Made by a program: the position numbers and the translations under genes
Notes under the pieces: model-generated
Seen by the model: the letters and a program-made list of their open reading frames with translations, nothing else
The model's database searches: none
What the model was told of the DNA's origin: nothing
Origin: a phage
Direction: 5' to 3' (one strand)
Length of the DNA stretch: 64,000 bases
Assembly: GCA_018015315.1 (NCBI GenBank)
Contig: GCA_018015315.1_3629.1
Shown: in pieces, positions 1 through 7,714 of the stretch
Layout: each line of letters opens with the position of its first letter
Position numbering within the stretch: position 1 is the stretch's first letter

Positions 1-38
1 AAAAAAATTTTTAAGCGCCCTGGAGGCTGTTGTAACGC

Positions 39-70
39 CAAAATAATAAAGGCTATGCAATCGCATAGCC
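39..70 (-). terminator. intrinsic terminator (minus-strand)
   Basis: 8-bp stem GGCUAUGC/GCAUAGCC, 4-nt loop, then UUUAUUAUUUU in transcript sense. Confidence 0.6.
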
Positions 71-108
71 AATAGGTGATTATGTTGCTGTAGGCCCTGC
101 CAGGGGCC

Positions 109-459
109 TTATTTTGCATTCTTGCCTGTATTGCCGCCACGGTACCAGCGTTTACGGTGAAAATGGTAATAATCTCCATCAGCATTGAACATCAGATGAT
201 TTTCAATAACCAGTTTACGAAGGTGGGCCGGATCTTGTTCCATTCTTGCCAGATTCCGGCGGCTGTTACGTAAGCGGATAAACTCCATATTCAGGCCGTT
301 GATCGCAGTATGGATGTCAAAGTAACCACCTTTAAGACGTTCACGCATGGCGTTAAGTTCGGAACTGTATACAGATTTTTCACAAATCAGGGCATTAGCC
401 AGGGCGCGGACCTTGGCAAGGGGGTTAAGCTCATTAAGGTAATATAGTTTAACTTTCAT
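109..459 (-). CDS. hypothetical early protein (116 aa)
   Basis: ORF track; first gene of compact minus-strand chain; terminator hairpin downstream at 39-70. Confidence 0.5.
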   Translation of the reverse strand: MKVKLYYLNELNPLAKVRALANALICEKSVYSSELNAMRERLKGGYFDIHTAINGLNMEFIRLRNSRRNLARMEQDPAHLRKLVIENHLMFNADGDYYHFHRKRWYRGGNTGKNAK

Positions 460-476
460 AAAATCACCTGCTGAAA

Positions 477-782
477 TTAGTTTGAGAAAACATCGTTCAC
501 AATAGCTATAACAATGCCGTTCACCTTGTCACGGTCAACAATACACAAATCACCATAAATCATGTGGTAGTCTGGATGATCTTTGACAGAGTAGTCAATC
601 AATGTTTTCTTATCGTCCAGCTTTTTAACTTCCATGGTCATTGTGATGAATTGCTCGTTAAAAGCGCTATTGCGGAAGACCATCACTTGACCGCCTTGAC
701 ATCCAGTGATCTCCACTTCCACGCCGTCTACGATCTGACCATCAAAGAAATAAAGATTATTGGCAGGTATAAACATAATCAT
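477..782 (-). CDS. hypothetical protein (101 aa)
   Basis: ORF track; fits minus-strand chain; no recognisable motif. Confidence 0.5.
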   Translation of the reverse strand: MIMFIPANNLYFFDGQIVDGVEVEITGCQGGQVMVFRNSAFNEQFITMTMEVKKLDDKKTLIDYSVKDHPDYHMIYGDLCIVDRDKVNGIVIAIVNDVFSN

Positions 783-819
783 TGCTCCTTTCGGTACTGA
801 TTATTTAACAGGGTTTAAA

Positions 820-863
820 TTTACTTTATTGATGGCCCTGGTGTCAAGGCCATCTAAAAATAA
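820..863. repeat. 44-bp palindromic intercistronic element, copy 1
   Basis: tttactttattGATGGCCctggtgtcaaGGCCATCtaaaaataa; identical to copy 2 over about 44 bp; abuts stop codon of gene 866..1066. Confidence 0.8.
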
Positions 864-865
864 AT

Positions 866-1066
866 TTATAAGCCTACAATCTCTTTGATTCGTCTAACTG
901 CTGCCTCAGCGCCTTGAGGATAGAAATTATGGTAACCAATCACGCGAGTGATACTAATAGCCGCTTGATGATCTTCATAATCGCCTTTGAAGATTTCTTG
1001 ACCATCAACCAGAACAGCCAGTTTTTCATCTTTTTTGAAGTTGATAACGCGGATATTCTTGCTCAT
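866..1066 (-). CDS. hypothetical small protein (about 66 aa, start MSKNIRV)
   Basis: ORF 866..1135 trimmed to internal ATG at 1066 preceded by AAGGAG; 44-bp palindromic element abuts stop codon. Confidence 0.45.
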   Translation of the reverse strand: MSKNIRVINFKKDEKLAVLVDGQEIFKGDYEDHQAAISITRVIGYHNFYPQGAEAAVRRIKEIVGL

Positions 1067-1165
1067 TTTTCTTTCTCCTTTCCAGGTCTTTGTTTGTGTA
1101 GTGGGGATGTCTCCCCGTTGATTGTTATTATCCACATTGCGGACCGGATTGCAACATCCTGGAAG

Positions 1166-1204
1166 AAAAATTTTTGAAAAAGTTAAGCCCCCATGATCGG
1201 GGGC
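1166..1204 (-). terminator. intrinsic terminator (minus-strand)
   Basis: Stem GCCCCC/GGGGGC with 6-nt loop, followed by U-rich run. Confidence 0.55.
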
Positions 1205-1209
1205 CGTTA

Positions 1210-1320
1210 TCAGTTACTTACAGCTATAAAGTACATTCCCACGCCTAGCAATATTTCAAGGGCGATGATCTCCAGCCATACTATAACATGTTGCACCTTG
1301 CCGCCAGGCTTAGGCTTATC
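1210..1320 (-). CDS. small hydrophobic peptide (about 36 aa)
   Basis: Hand-translated minus ORF MTTKDKPKPGGKVQHVIVWLEIIALEILLGVGMYFIAVSN; SD AAGGGGGAG; terminator 1166-1204 follows. Confidence 0.3.
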   Translation of the reverse strand, partial: DKPKPGGKVQHVIVWLEIIALEILLGVGMYFIAVSN

Positions 1321-1441
1321 CTTGGTTGTCATCGTCTCCCCCTTTCATTTTGTTGGTGATGACGTGATTTGCAATGGCCCCCAGGAGGCCTATCACTACG
1401 CACATTGCGAGAAAAATTATTTCTACCGTTGTTCGATCCAT
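1316..1441 (-). CDS. small membrane protein (about 41 aa)
   Basis: Internal start MDRTTVEIIFLAMCVVIGLLGAIA of ORF 1316..1501, SD GAGGAA; single predicted TM segment. Confidence 0.35.
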   Translation of the reverse strand: MDRTTVEIIFLAMCVVIGLLGAIANHVITNKMKGGDDDNQG

Positions 1442-1563
1442 TGTTATAAAATTCCTCAAGGTCAGGTTTGAAAATAAACTCTTCGGTGTCGAATCCATCA
1501 CGCCAGGCGGCTGGCTTCAGATCTTTACTAAAGGGATTAATTAGCGCGGCATTGTTGAGACGG

Positions 1564-1923
1564 TTAGCCCACATATTTTCTATTTCTCTCAAATAAGCGA
1601 TCCGCTTCAGTTAAACATATTTCATGGGCCTGATCTCTGGTTTTAGCCTCATCAAAAACTTGTTGTGCCAGGCTGCAGCGCAAGGAGACTGGAAGATCGC
1701 TATAATAGGCATTAACAAAAGTTTGTGCGTCATACAAGTCTGAAAATACTTTACCCTTTCTATTATTGCCCTTGTCAACAATTGCAAGGATGACCAGTAT
1801 AATAGTTGCAACCACTCCCAGGAAAATAGATATAACAAACCATAAGAAAGCTGACCTATCTATCTTGCCAGCGATCCAGGCGTTAAACAAGGCAACTAAT
1901 ACAGCTAAAATAATAAATTCCAT
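1564..1923 (-). CDS. membrane protein, two predicted TM helices (about 119 aa)
   Basis: ORF 1564..1956 with likely start MEFIILAVLV (SD GAGAGG); hydrophobic stretches EFIILAVLVALFNAWIAG and FLWFVISIFLGVVATIILVILAIV. Confidence 0.5.
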   Translation of the reverse strand: MEFIILAVLVALFNAWIAGKIDRSAFLWFVISIFLGVVATIILVILAIVDKGNNRKGKVFSDLYDAQTFVNAYYSDLPVSLRCSLAQQVFDEAKTRDQAHEICLTEADRLFERNRKYVG

Positions 1924-1987
1924 TCTATGTACCTCTCTTACATTTCTACTTAACAATAAGGCGGCAAATATGCCGCCTGTTACCTGG

Positions 1988-2368
1988 TTAAAAGTTATCG
2001 CCGTAAATTTTACCGCTTTCTACCCATACCACAACACGCGGCATATTATCCCATACATCTTGTTTTAGATTGAGGGCGTGCAATTCTTCGGTGGTGCTCA
2101 TACCTGGCACGGGTTGATTGTATACTGCAAAACGACCGCCTGCATAATCATAAGCCAGAGTTAAATCACACTGGATCATCTTTTTGATCATGGCGTTAAG
2201 CATAGCGGTAGCCGCATGCTGGTCACGTTTTAAAGGTAACGCTTTAATCAGTTTGCGATAGTTTTCGATATGGTCGCACACTGTTTCACGTGGAAGATCT
2301 TTCATATCTTCACGGAAGGTAACCAGGTTAAACATAACAGTGTCAATAGCTTTCGTGGTGTTTTTCAT
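1988..2368 (-). CDS. hypothetical protein (126 aa)
   Basis: ORF track; no recognisable motif. Confidence 0.5.
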   Translation of the reverse strand: MKNTTKAIDTVMFNLVTFREDMKDLPRETVCDHIENYRKLIKALPLKRDQHAATAMLNAMIKKMIQCDLTLAYDYAGGRFAVYNQPVPGMSTTEELHALNLKQDVWDNMPRVVVWVESGKIYGDNF

Positions 2369-2458
2369 AATGTTATCCTCTTCGTTTTGTGTGGGGGCAA
2401 ACGTCTTGCCCCCTTGAGTTTTAATATAGCACGTTTTTAGATTATTGCAACACTTTAC

Positions 2459-3082
2459 TTATGAAAAACTCATCTCGCCAGATTCATCGACATCAAACCG
2501 CCAGTCGTTGGCCTGGATGAGGCCGATCAAGTTCTCTGCCGTGAACTGTTCAAGATATGCCTCTTCAAGGCTTGCGTAAACCTTGCAAGATAGCTCCCGC
2601 ACCGTCTCGGTGATCAACTCTTCCAGCTCTTCCACTTTGTCTTCTTGTTTGGCGGTCAGATCCAGCCAGGTAGCATCAATATACCCGTTGATAGTATTTT
2701 CGTGACTATAGCGGCTGTATGCGTCACGTTCAACACTGGCTGATAGCTCGCCATCATGCATTGTTCCGAACAAGTGACGGATTGAGCGGAACTTAGTCAG
2801 CGCCTTGACTTTACGCAGGAATTTTTCCAGATCTACATTTTCAGCGCTAATTGATGCACCGTCGCCCTGACACCAAAAGCCGGACCAATGTACTTCAGTA
2901 TCTTCAAGGCCATACTCTGGAAAAACATATTCTTTATAGTATTCAATTACACTTTCTGCGAAAAAGTTATCACCGCTATTTTCTTCCCTTTCGCGGACCA
3001 TTTCAACGGCTTTTTCTTTTTGTTCGTCGGTCAGCACGTCGAAAGATAAATTGTAACCTGCAGTAATGTTAACGGTAGTCAT
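2459..3082 (-). CDS. hypothetical acidic protein (207 aa)
   Basis: ORF track; downstream of promoter 3142-3169 and a 5' stem-loop; motif FWCQGDGA not assigned to a family. Confidence 0.6.
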   Translation of the reverse strand: MTTVNITAGYNLSFDVLTDEQKEKAVEMVREREENSGDNFFAESVIEYYKEYVFPEYGLEDTEVHWSGFWCQGDGASISAENVDLEKFLRKVKALTKFRSIRHLFGTMHDGELSASVERDAYSRYSHENTINGYIDATWLDLTAKQEDKVEELEELITETVRELSCKVYASLEEAYLEQFTAENLIGLIQANDWRFDVDESGEMSFS

Positions 3083-3141
3083 GATATTTTCTCCTGTTTT
3101 CTTTTAAGTGGTGGCGGGAATTGTTCCCGCCTATGTGGTTA

Positions 3142-3169
3142 AGTATACTTGTTTAATCTTACTTGTCAA
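3142..3169 (-). promoter_or_regulatory. sigma70-type early promoter
   Basis: -35 TTGACA, 16-nt spacer, -10 TATACT; A/T-rich upstream; 5' stem-loop GGCGGGAA-ttg-TTCCCGCC at 3113-3131. Confidence 0.6.
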
Positions 3170-3419
3170 CACTATTTTTTAAATTATTGTGGCGTAAAAA
3201 GTTCAAGATCTCTTCAACATTGTCAACACGGCGGCAATTTTTGAACGCTACCAATTGCCCCAGGATTTTAATCACCGGGCGGCCCTGGCAGTAGCCTTGA
3301 AGAAAGCGCGCCTTAACTTTATCGGTGGAACTATCACGCCACCAAACCGCTTTATTGTTGCAGTAGTAAAAATTATTCAGGACTACATCAACTTTATCAA
3401 AATTTTTTAATTTACGCAT
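3159..3419 (-). CDS. hypothetical protein (86 aa)
   Basis: ORF track; promoter 3453-3480 upstream. Confidence 0.5.
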   Translation of the reverse strand: MRKLKNFDKVDVVLNNFYYCNNKAVWWRDSSTDKVKARFLQGYCQGRPVIKILGQLVAFKNCRRVDNVEEILNFLRHNNLKNSVDK

Positions 3420-3452
3420 GGTGTTTACTCCTTCTCTCGTTTAGATGCGGTT

Positions 3453-3480
3453 AGTATACCCTAGCTATTCCAGATGTCAA
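3453..3480 (-). promoter_or_regulatory. sigma70-type early promoter
   Basis: -35 TTGACA, 16-nt spacer, -10 TATACT. Confidence 0.55.
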
Positions 3481-3483
3481 GCC

Positions 3484-3654
3484 TTAAATTAAATCACTGT
3501 CAAAATAAACTGCTTCATTTTCATCAATGATCTCAATCTTTTTCTTTCCTAGCTCTAGGACCATGTACCAGGCTTGATCCTGAGCGGCGTCGAGATTATC
3601 ATACCATGCAATATTAACGCCTTTTTCTGTTACGTAAAACATTTTATTTTCCAT
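3484..3654 (-). CDS. hypothetical small protein (56 aa)
   Basis: Hand-translated MENKMFYVTEKGVNIAWYDNLDAAQDQAWYMVLELGKKKIEIIDENEAVYFDSDLI; SD AAGGGGAA; below ORF-track size cutoff. Confidence 0.35.
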   Translation of the reverse strand: MENKMFYVTEKGVNIAWYDNLDAAQDQAWYMVLELGKKKIEIIDENEAVYFDSDLI

Positions 3655-3665
3655 GATGTTTCCCC

Positions 3666-3764
3666 TTATTTGGAATTGCTAATGATAAAGCCTGCAAGCA
3701 AACAACCTATAACAAAACATAGGCCGCACATTATTAGTGGATTTTTAATCAGCTCGGTTAGCAT
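3666..3764 (-). CDS. small hydrophobic peptide (32 aa)
   Basis: Hand-translated MLTELIKNPLIMCGLCFVIGCLLAGFIISNSK with SD GGAGG; stop overlaps SD of next gene. Confidence 0.25.
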   Translation of the reverse strand: MLTELIKNPLIMCGLCFVIGCLLAGFIISNSK

Positions 3765-3769
3765 TTTAT

Positions 3770-3982
3770 TTACGCCTCCAATGTCATGATCTCGAACCTG
3801 GCTATAATAATCCCTACATCCACAAAGCATACAGGATCAACCATCTGGTTACATATAACCAGATGATCATCTTCCTCGTCGATGTACCAGTCATTATTGG
3901 CCTGTATTTCGTCCAGGTCATAGTAATGGCCTGCTTTGTATTTGCATTGTGCCTTGTAGTTAGAAAAATCGCAATAGACCAT
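3770..3982 (-). CDS. hypothetical protein (about 70 aa)
   Basis: ORF 3770..4000 with likely start MVYCDFSNYK after SD AGGAGA. Confidence 0.45.
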   Translation of the reverse strand: MVYCDFSNYKAQCKYKAGHYYDLDEIQANNDWYIDEEDDHLVICNQMVDPVCFVDVGIIIARFEIMTLEA

Positions 3983-4167
3983 GTTTTTTGTCTCCTGCAC
4001 CTTTCCCTTTCTTTAAATGCATCATGCTATAAAGTGTTATCCTTGTCAATGATATTTTTAACGCCATAAAACGGCCCTAGACGATGTTTTCAGGTTAAGG
4101 AAGGTGATTGCATAGGTGGGGGCGTTTATGGCTGTTGTAGGGCCAACCAGGGGCGCTATTTGAGGAT

Positions 4168-4198
4168 AGAAATAAAAAGCCCCGCCATTGTGCGGGGC
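4168..4198 (-). terminator. intrinsic terminator (minus-strand)
   Basis: Stem AGCCCCGC/GCGGGGCU then UUUUAUUUC. Confidence 0.6.
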
Positions 4199-4206
4199 TA
4201 TGGTTG

Positions 4207-4404
4207 TTATTCTTCTTTGTGTCGGTATCTTTCTGCCTGGCGTTCACGTTCAAGAAGCAAACCAGGTAACTTACGGTCGTAATGGTTGCGCCATAGCTTG
4301 CCAAATCTTTTTGGTTTGTTTAGCTTGTTGTTACGCTGGCGGCGTTCCGGCAACTCTTCGGAATCATGGGAACGCTTTACAATTTTTTCGAAATTAATTT
4401 TCAT
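4207..4404 (-). CDS. small highly basic protein (about 65 aa), possible nucleic-acid binder
   Basis: ORF 4207..4446 trimmed to MKINFEK start with SD AAGGGGGAA; Lys/Arg-rich; terminator 4168-4198 follows. Confidence 0.5.
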   Translation of the reverse strand: MKINFEKIVKRSHDSEELPERRQRNNKLNKPKRFGKLWRNHYDRKLPGLLLERERQAERYRHKEE

Positions 4405-4744
4405 AAATTCCCCCTTTGCTAACCTCAATATTTGCCTGAATTGCACGAATACGGCGCTTTATAGCTTCCTGGTTTGTGTGATCGTATCCCCAAAAGTCTA
4501 CAATTTTAGCGCCTCCAGCCTCCAGGCGATATAGTGTTTCTTGCATTTTGTAAGCGGGGATCGGTCGCGGTGTTACCTGGTCGCCTTTTTCATTCTTATA
4601 CTTGATAATATAATCTTCGTTGTCGTTGAATACCCAAAAAGGGTACGCCTCAGGAGTACTGTCTGTTTTATTTTTAGATTGGATCTTGTTTACAATTAAA
4701 GCCGTAGCAATAGCGCCGATGATAAAACTTGCCCCGCTGATCAT
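4394..4744 (-). CDS. membrane-anchored protein (116 aa)
   Basis: ORF track; N-terminal hydrophobic segment ASFIIGAIATALIV. Confidence 0.5.
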   Translation of the reverse strand: MISGASFIIGAIATALIVNKIQSKNKTDSTPEAYPFWVFNDNEDYIIKYKNEKGDQVTPRPIPAYKMQETLYRLEAGGAKIVDFWGYDHTNQEAIKRRIRAIQANIEVSKGGIYEN

Positions 4745-4818
4745 ATACTTTCTCCTTTCATGGTGTTGATAAACTATCTTTATAGATGGCCCTGTTCCAG
4801 GACCACCGAAAAAACAAT

Positions 4819-5064
4819 TTATTTCACAATCCCCACAAAACAGATCCCACCTTCACCAACATAAGCAATATCGGTAACTTTGTAATTGGTTAAGATTTGT
4901 TTATTCAGCTCATTAATAAAATCATTCATAGCTGCGGTGTAGTTGTCTTCCATATCCAAGGCATAATCCCAGGTATAAACCTTTTTACGTCCGAACCCTT
5001 TTACCATGATGCGGGCGCTTTTGGTGTTGGTCGGTGCATAGTATTTGGTGATTAATGCTGCCAT
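4819..5064 (-). CDS. hypothetical protein (81 aa)
   Basis: ORF track. Confidence 0.5.
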   Translation of the reverse strand: MAALITKYYAPTNTKSARIMVKGFGRKKVYTWDYALDMEDNYTAAMNDFINELNKQILTNYKVTDIAYVGEGGICFVGIVK

Positions 5065-5101
5065 GATTTTAACTCCTCTGTAAGTGTTAACAGTTTTTTA
5101 G

Positions 5102-5145
5102 TTTACTTTATTGATGGCCCTGGTGTCAAGGCCATCTAAAAATAA
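5102..5145. repeat. 44-bp palindromic intercistronic element, copy 2
   Basis: Same sequence as copy 1; abuts stop codon of gene 5148..5498. Confidence 0.8.
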
Positions 5146-5147
5146 GC

Positions 5148-5498
5148 TTACTCGTTTTCTTCCAGCTCTGTAAGCTCTTCTTTCACTTCTTCAAGCTCTG
5201 CCTGCAATTCTTGATAGTCTTCATCGTCTTCAATATCCAAGCTATCAATATAATCGCTAAAGCCGCAGCGATAAGCGATAGGATCCAGCTCTCTGAGGAT
5301 ACGTGAAGGAAGGAAAGAGATACAGCCGATCATAATTTCACCGTGGATCTCATCCAACCATTCATCATATTTTTCGTCGTATTTGTCCTCGTCGATCTCG
5401 AAATTATCGATCTTGTCTTCAAGTTCTGCGATCTGTTTTTTCAGAGCAGCGATCTGCATAGCTTTTTCTGCGTCAGTCATAGTGATCGTGGTATTCAT
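5148..5498 (-). CDS. acidic coiled-coil protein (116 aa)
   Basis: ORF track; Glu/Asp-rich heptad-like sequence; promoter 5551-5578 upstream; 44-bp palindrome abuts stop. Confidence 0.55.
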   Translation of the reverse strand: MNTTITMTDAEKAMQIAALKKQIAELEDKIDNFEIDEDKYDEKYDEWLDEIHGEIMIGCISFLPSRILRELDPIAYRCGFSDYIDSLDIEDDEDYQELQAELEEVKEELTELEENE

Positions 5499-5550
5499 AA
5501 TGTTTTCTCCTTTTATGTGCTCTGGGATGTACTCCCGTTTACGTGTTTAA

Positions 5551-5578
5551 GTATACTGATTTAAGTTAGCTTGTCAAT
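5551..5578 (-). promoter_or_regulatory. sigma70-type early promoter
   Basis: -35 TTGACA, 16-nt spacer, -10 TATACT; short 5' hairpin 5525-5537. Confidence 0.6.
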
Positions 5579-5694
5579 TAAAAGTTTAAGAAAAATTTTG
5601 CAAAACTGTTAGCACTACTCATCAACATTCCCGCCAGGATATAACTAACAATGCAAGCAATTACAGTTATTTTTGTATAACTATGTTTACTCAT
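5579..5694 (-). CDS. small membrane peptide (37 aa)
   Basis: Hand-translated MSKHSYTKITVIACIVSYILAGMLMSSANSFAKFFLNF with SD AAGGGGAG. Confidence 0.3.
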
Positions 5695-5734
5695 CTTATA
5701 TACTCCCCTTTTTGTAGTATTCTCTATATCTAAT

Positions 5735-5779
5735 TTATTTTATTTGATGGCCCTGGTTATCAAGGCCATCTAAAAATAA
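5735..5779. repeat. 44-bp palindromic intercistronic element, copy 3 (variant loop)
   Basis: GATGGCCctggttatcaaGGCCATCtaaaaataa; abuts stop codon of gene 5782..6168. Confidence 0.75.
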
Positions 5780-5781
5780 AC

Positions 5782-6168
5782 TCAGTAATTTTTCAACACT
5801 TTCCCGTCCAGTCTGTCAAGCTGGATCTCAATAGCTGCGGAGAATCTATTGTACACCACGTCGCCCATGGAGTCCAACCAATCTATAATATTATATACTT
5901 GCTCCTTGTTCTTGCAAGTACGTATCCGTTTCATAACGTATGCCGGATCAATATTGTTACTTCCGTGTTTATGGTCTTGCGCCAGGCTTGCAATAGCTTT
6001 CACCACCACTTGAAAGGGCTTCAAGGTGCCTTTTGCGTTCATCTCACGCGCTTTTGCGGCGCGGTTGTTATAGGTTACGATACGGCGGCAAATATTGACT
6101 AAATGCATGTCAATAATTTTTTCATCGTTTGCCAGCTCATTCATGATGCGACGGATATTTTTGTTCAT
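5782..6168 (-). CDS. hypothetical protein (128 aa)
   Basis: ORF track; promoter 6220-6247 plus 5' stem-loop upstream; 44-bp palindrome abuts stop. Confidence 0.55.
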   Translation of the reverse strand: MNKNIRRIMNELANDEKIIDMHLVNICRRIVTYNNRAAKAREMNAKGTLKPFQVVVKAIASLAQDHKHGSNNIDPAYVMKRIRTCKNKEQVYNIIDWLDSMGDVVYNRFSAAIEIQLDRLDGKVLKNY

Positions 6169-6219
6169 AGTGTTTTCTCCTAGTTGTGTTGGCGGGAATG
6201 TTTCCCGCCTTTGATATCT

Positions 6220-6247
6220 AGTCTACTTAAATTTTGCGGCGTGTCAA
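6220..6247 (-). promoter_or_regulatory. sigma70-type early promoter
   Basis: -35 TTGACA, 16-nt spacer, -10 TAGACT; 5' stem-loop GGCGGGAA-tgt-TTCCCGCC at 6191-6209. Confidence 0.55.
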
Positions 6248-6255
6248 ACTATTTT

Positions 6256-6654
6256 TTATTCGTGGGCGCATGTCACAATGTGCTTTTTATACCCCAGGTG
6301 GGCAGCAAGTGCTGACAAAAATTCTTCCTCATAGATCCAGCCGTTGGCAGTGATCCCCATAGCATTTAATGCGCTTTCAAGTGCTGCGTTGGCCTTATCA
6401 TAACCGTGTCCGCTGGCCTTGCCGCCAGTATAACCGTACTTATTGTTCTTGCTGTCGTGCATCCAAAAGACGCAATAATGAGTGTTACCGCTAGAGGCGG
6501 CATAATACCGGATCTCGGCTACTTCGTGTAAATTATTATCATCGTCCAGGCCAACCAGATTATAAGCCTTGTAAAATCCACGATCACGGCGGCAGTTCTT
6601 GACATCAGAAAAAGAGAAGTCGGCATTGTCAAAATTAAAGGTTGTGGTTTTCAT
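6256..6654 (-). CDS. hypothetical protein (132 aa)
   Basis: ORF track; promoter 6688-6715 upstream. Confidence 0.55.
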   Translation of the reverse strand: MKTTTFNFDNADFSFSDVKNCRRDRGFYKAYNLVGLDDDNNLHEVAEIRYYAASSGNTHYCVFWMHDSKNNKYGYTGGKASGHGYDKANAALESALNAMGITANGWIYEEEFLSALAAHLGYKKHIVTCAHE

Positions 6655-6687
6655 GATTTTATCCTCTTAGTGTCTTTTGTGATTTCA

Positions 6688-6715
6688 GTATATTTTGTGT
6701 CGGGGAGTATGTCAA
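6688..6715 (-). promoter_or_regulatory. sigma70-type early promoter
   Basis: -35 TTGACA, 16-nt spacer, -10 TATACT. Confidence 0.55.
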
Positions 6716-6718
6716 TAC

Positions 6719-6916
6719 TTATTTTTTATTAAACCAGTGATTGATCTGACCTTTTGTCAGGGCGCAACGATTAAGCTGTTGCAGGGTATAGCTATGACCG
6801 CGACGAAATTTATAAAGGCCTTGCCCGTTGTTGATGGTTACGTCTACCTGGCAAACCATTTGATCGGTGACCACCTGGCGAGCGTTGCGACGTGCTTTGA
6901 TTCCGTATACGTTCAT
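6719..6916 (-). CDS. hypothetical basic protein (about 65 aa)
   Basis: ORF 6719..6994 trimmed to MNVYGIKARR start after SD AGAGGAAA. Confidence 0.45.
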   Translation of the reverse strand: MNVYGIKARRNARQVVTDQMVCQVDVTINNGQGLYKFRRGHSYTLQQLNRCALTKGQINHWFNKK

Positions 6917-6997
6917 AATGTTTTCCTCTTTGCTAGTTAGTGCGGCGTTGTTCACCTTGTAGGGAAAGAATACCAGGATTAACCAGGTTGTCAATAA

Positions 6998-7168
6998 CTA
7001 TTTCAAATTATTTTTAGGGTAGAATTCACCAGCGGCGGCCCCTGCAGCCTCAACCATCATTTTTTCATAGTCCAACCAGTTGACCAGGGCATCACGCGCC
7101 GCTTTCTCACGTCTTGCATCGATATCTTTACTGTTCACTACGATATCTTTTTTATCTTTACCTTTCAT
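6998..7168 (-). CDS. hypothetical small protein (56 aa)
   Basis: Hand-translated MKGKDKKDIVVNSKDIDARREKAARDALVNWLDYEKMMVEAAGAAAGEFYPKNNLK, SD GGAGG; last minus gene before non-coding island. Confidence 0.4.
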   Translation of the reverse strand: MKGKDKKDIVVNSKDIDARREKAARDALVNWLDYEKMMVEAAGAAAGEFYPKNNLK

Positions 7169-7350
7169 TTTATTTTCCTCCCCTTGTTGGGTATCTCGGT
7201 ATCTCTTCTTCCTGATTCTTTTATACTACTCCCCAGGGCCTGGCGCAACCATTTTATAACTTTCCTCCCTGGTCCGGTCGGACATACCGGGCTGGCCCCG
7301 CCAGGCTGCAGCGGTTGGCGCACCGGGTTAGAAAATTTTTTGAAAAAGTG

Positions 7351-7379
7351 TTGACAGCGGCCCCGCCAGGTGGCATAAT
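7351..7379 (+). promoter_or_regulatory. strong sigma70-type promoter on plus strand inside minus-strand early region
   Basis: A/T-rich UP-like tract, -35 TTGACA, 17-nt spacer with TG at -15/-14, -10 CATAAT; reads into non-coding island. Confidence 0.55.
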
Positions 7380-7404
7380 GCACTCATCGAAAGGACGGCA
7401 GGCA

Positions 7405-7470
7405 CCGGTGACGGGGGAGACAACCACCGGGGATGGGCGCTATATAAAATGAGAACGGTTATCATTATCG
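7405..7470 (+). repeat. GC-hairpin module A (core GAGACAACCACCGGG plus GAGAACGGTTATCATTATC)
   Basis: GC-rich palindrome CACCGGTG...CACCGG around conserved 15-nt core at 7427-7441; about 25 nt downstream of plus promoter. Confidence 0.5.
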
Positions 7471-7529
7471 TCTAAAAATTTATGCGAAAAATCCTTGCTT
7501 TCTTTGTCCTGCGTGATACTATAATAACA

Positions 7530-7603
7530 AGCCGGGGCAACAGGGGCCGGGAGACAACCACCGGGCCTGCCCGTTATTTAGCAAACGAGAATGATTATCA
7601 TCC
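7530..7603 (+). repeat. GC-hairpin module B (core GAGACAACCACCGGG plus GAGAATGATTATCATCC)
   Basis: Same 15-nt core at 7551-7565 flanked by GGCCGGG/CCGGGCC; preceded by TATAAT-like hexamer 7520-7525. Confidence 0.5.
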
Positions 7604-7714
7604 AAAATTCTAAATGAGAACTCCTCGCATTTACTAAATTTAATTAGCATGCTAATTACCTACCGTGACAATTCTACATAAAATAATACTCCATAAAATA
7701 TTTCCATATAGAAA

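Noticed and set aside
820-863. 44-bp palindrome as an intrinsic terminator
   Set aside because: Hairpin is not followed by a U-tract on either strand; flanks are U-rich before and A-rich after in both orientations.
820-863. 44-bp palindrome as a sigma70 promoter using the loop TTGACA
   Set aside because: No acceptable -10 hexamer at 16-18 nt spacing in any of the three copies; kept only as an unassigned regulatory element.
1329-1592. 87-aa minus ORF overlapping two neighbouring genes
   Set aside because: Overlaps the better-supported membrane protein genes at both ends and has a low-complexity C-terminus; likely a frame artefact.
7165-7383. 72-aa minus-strand ORF in the GC-rich segment
   Set aside because: Arg/Pro/Gly-rich low-complexity translation of a GC-rich, palindrome-rich region with no SD; better explained as structured non-coding DNA.
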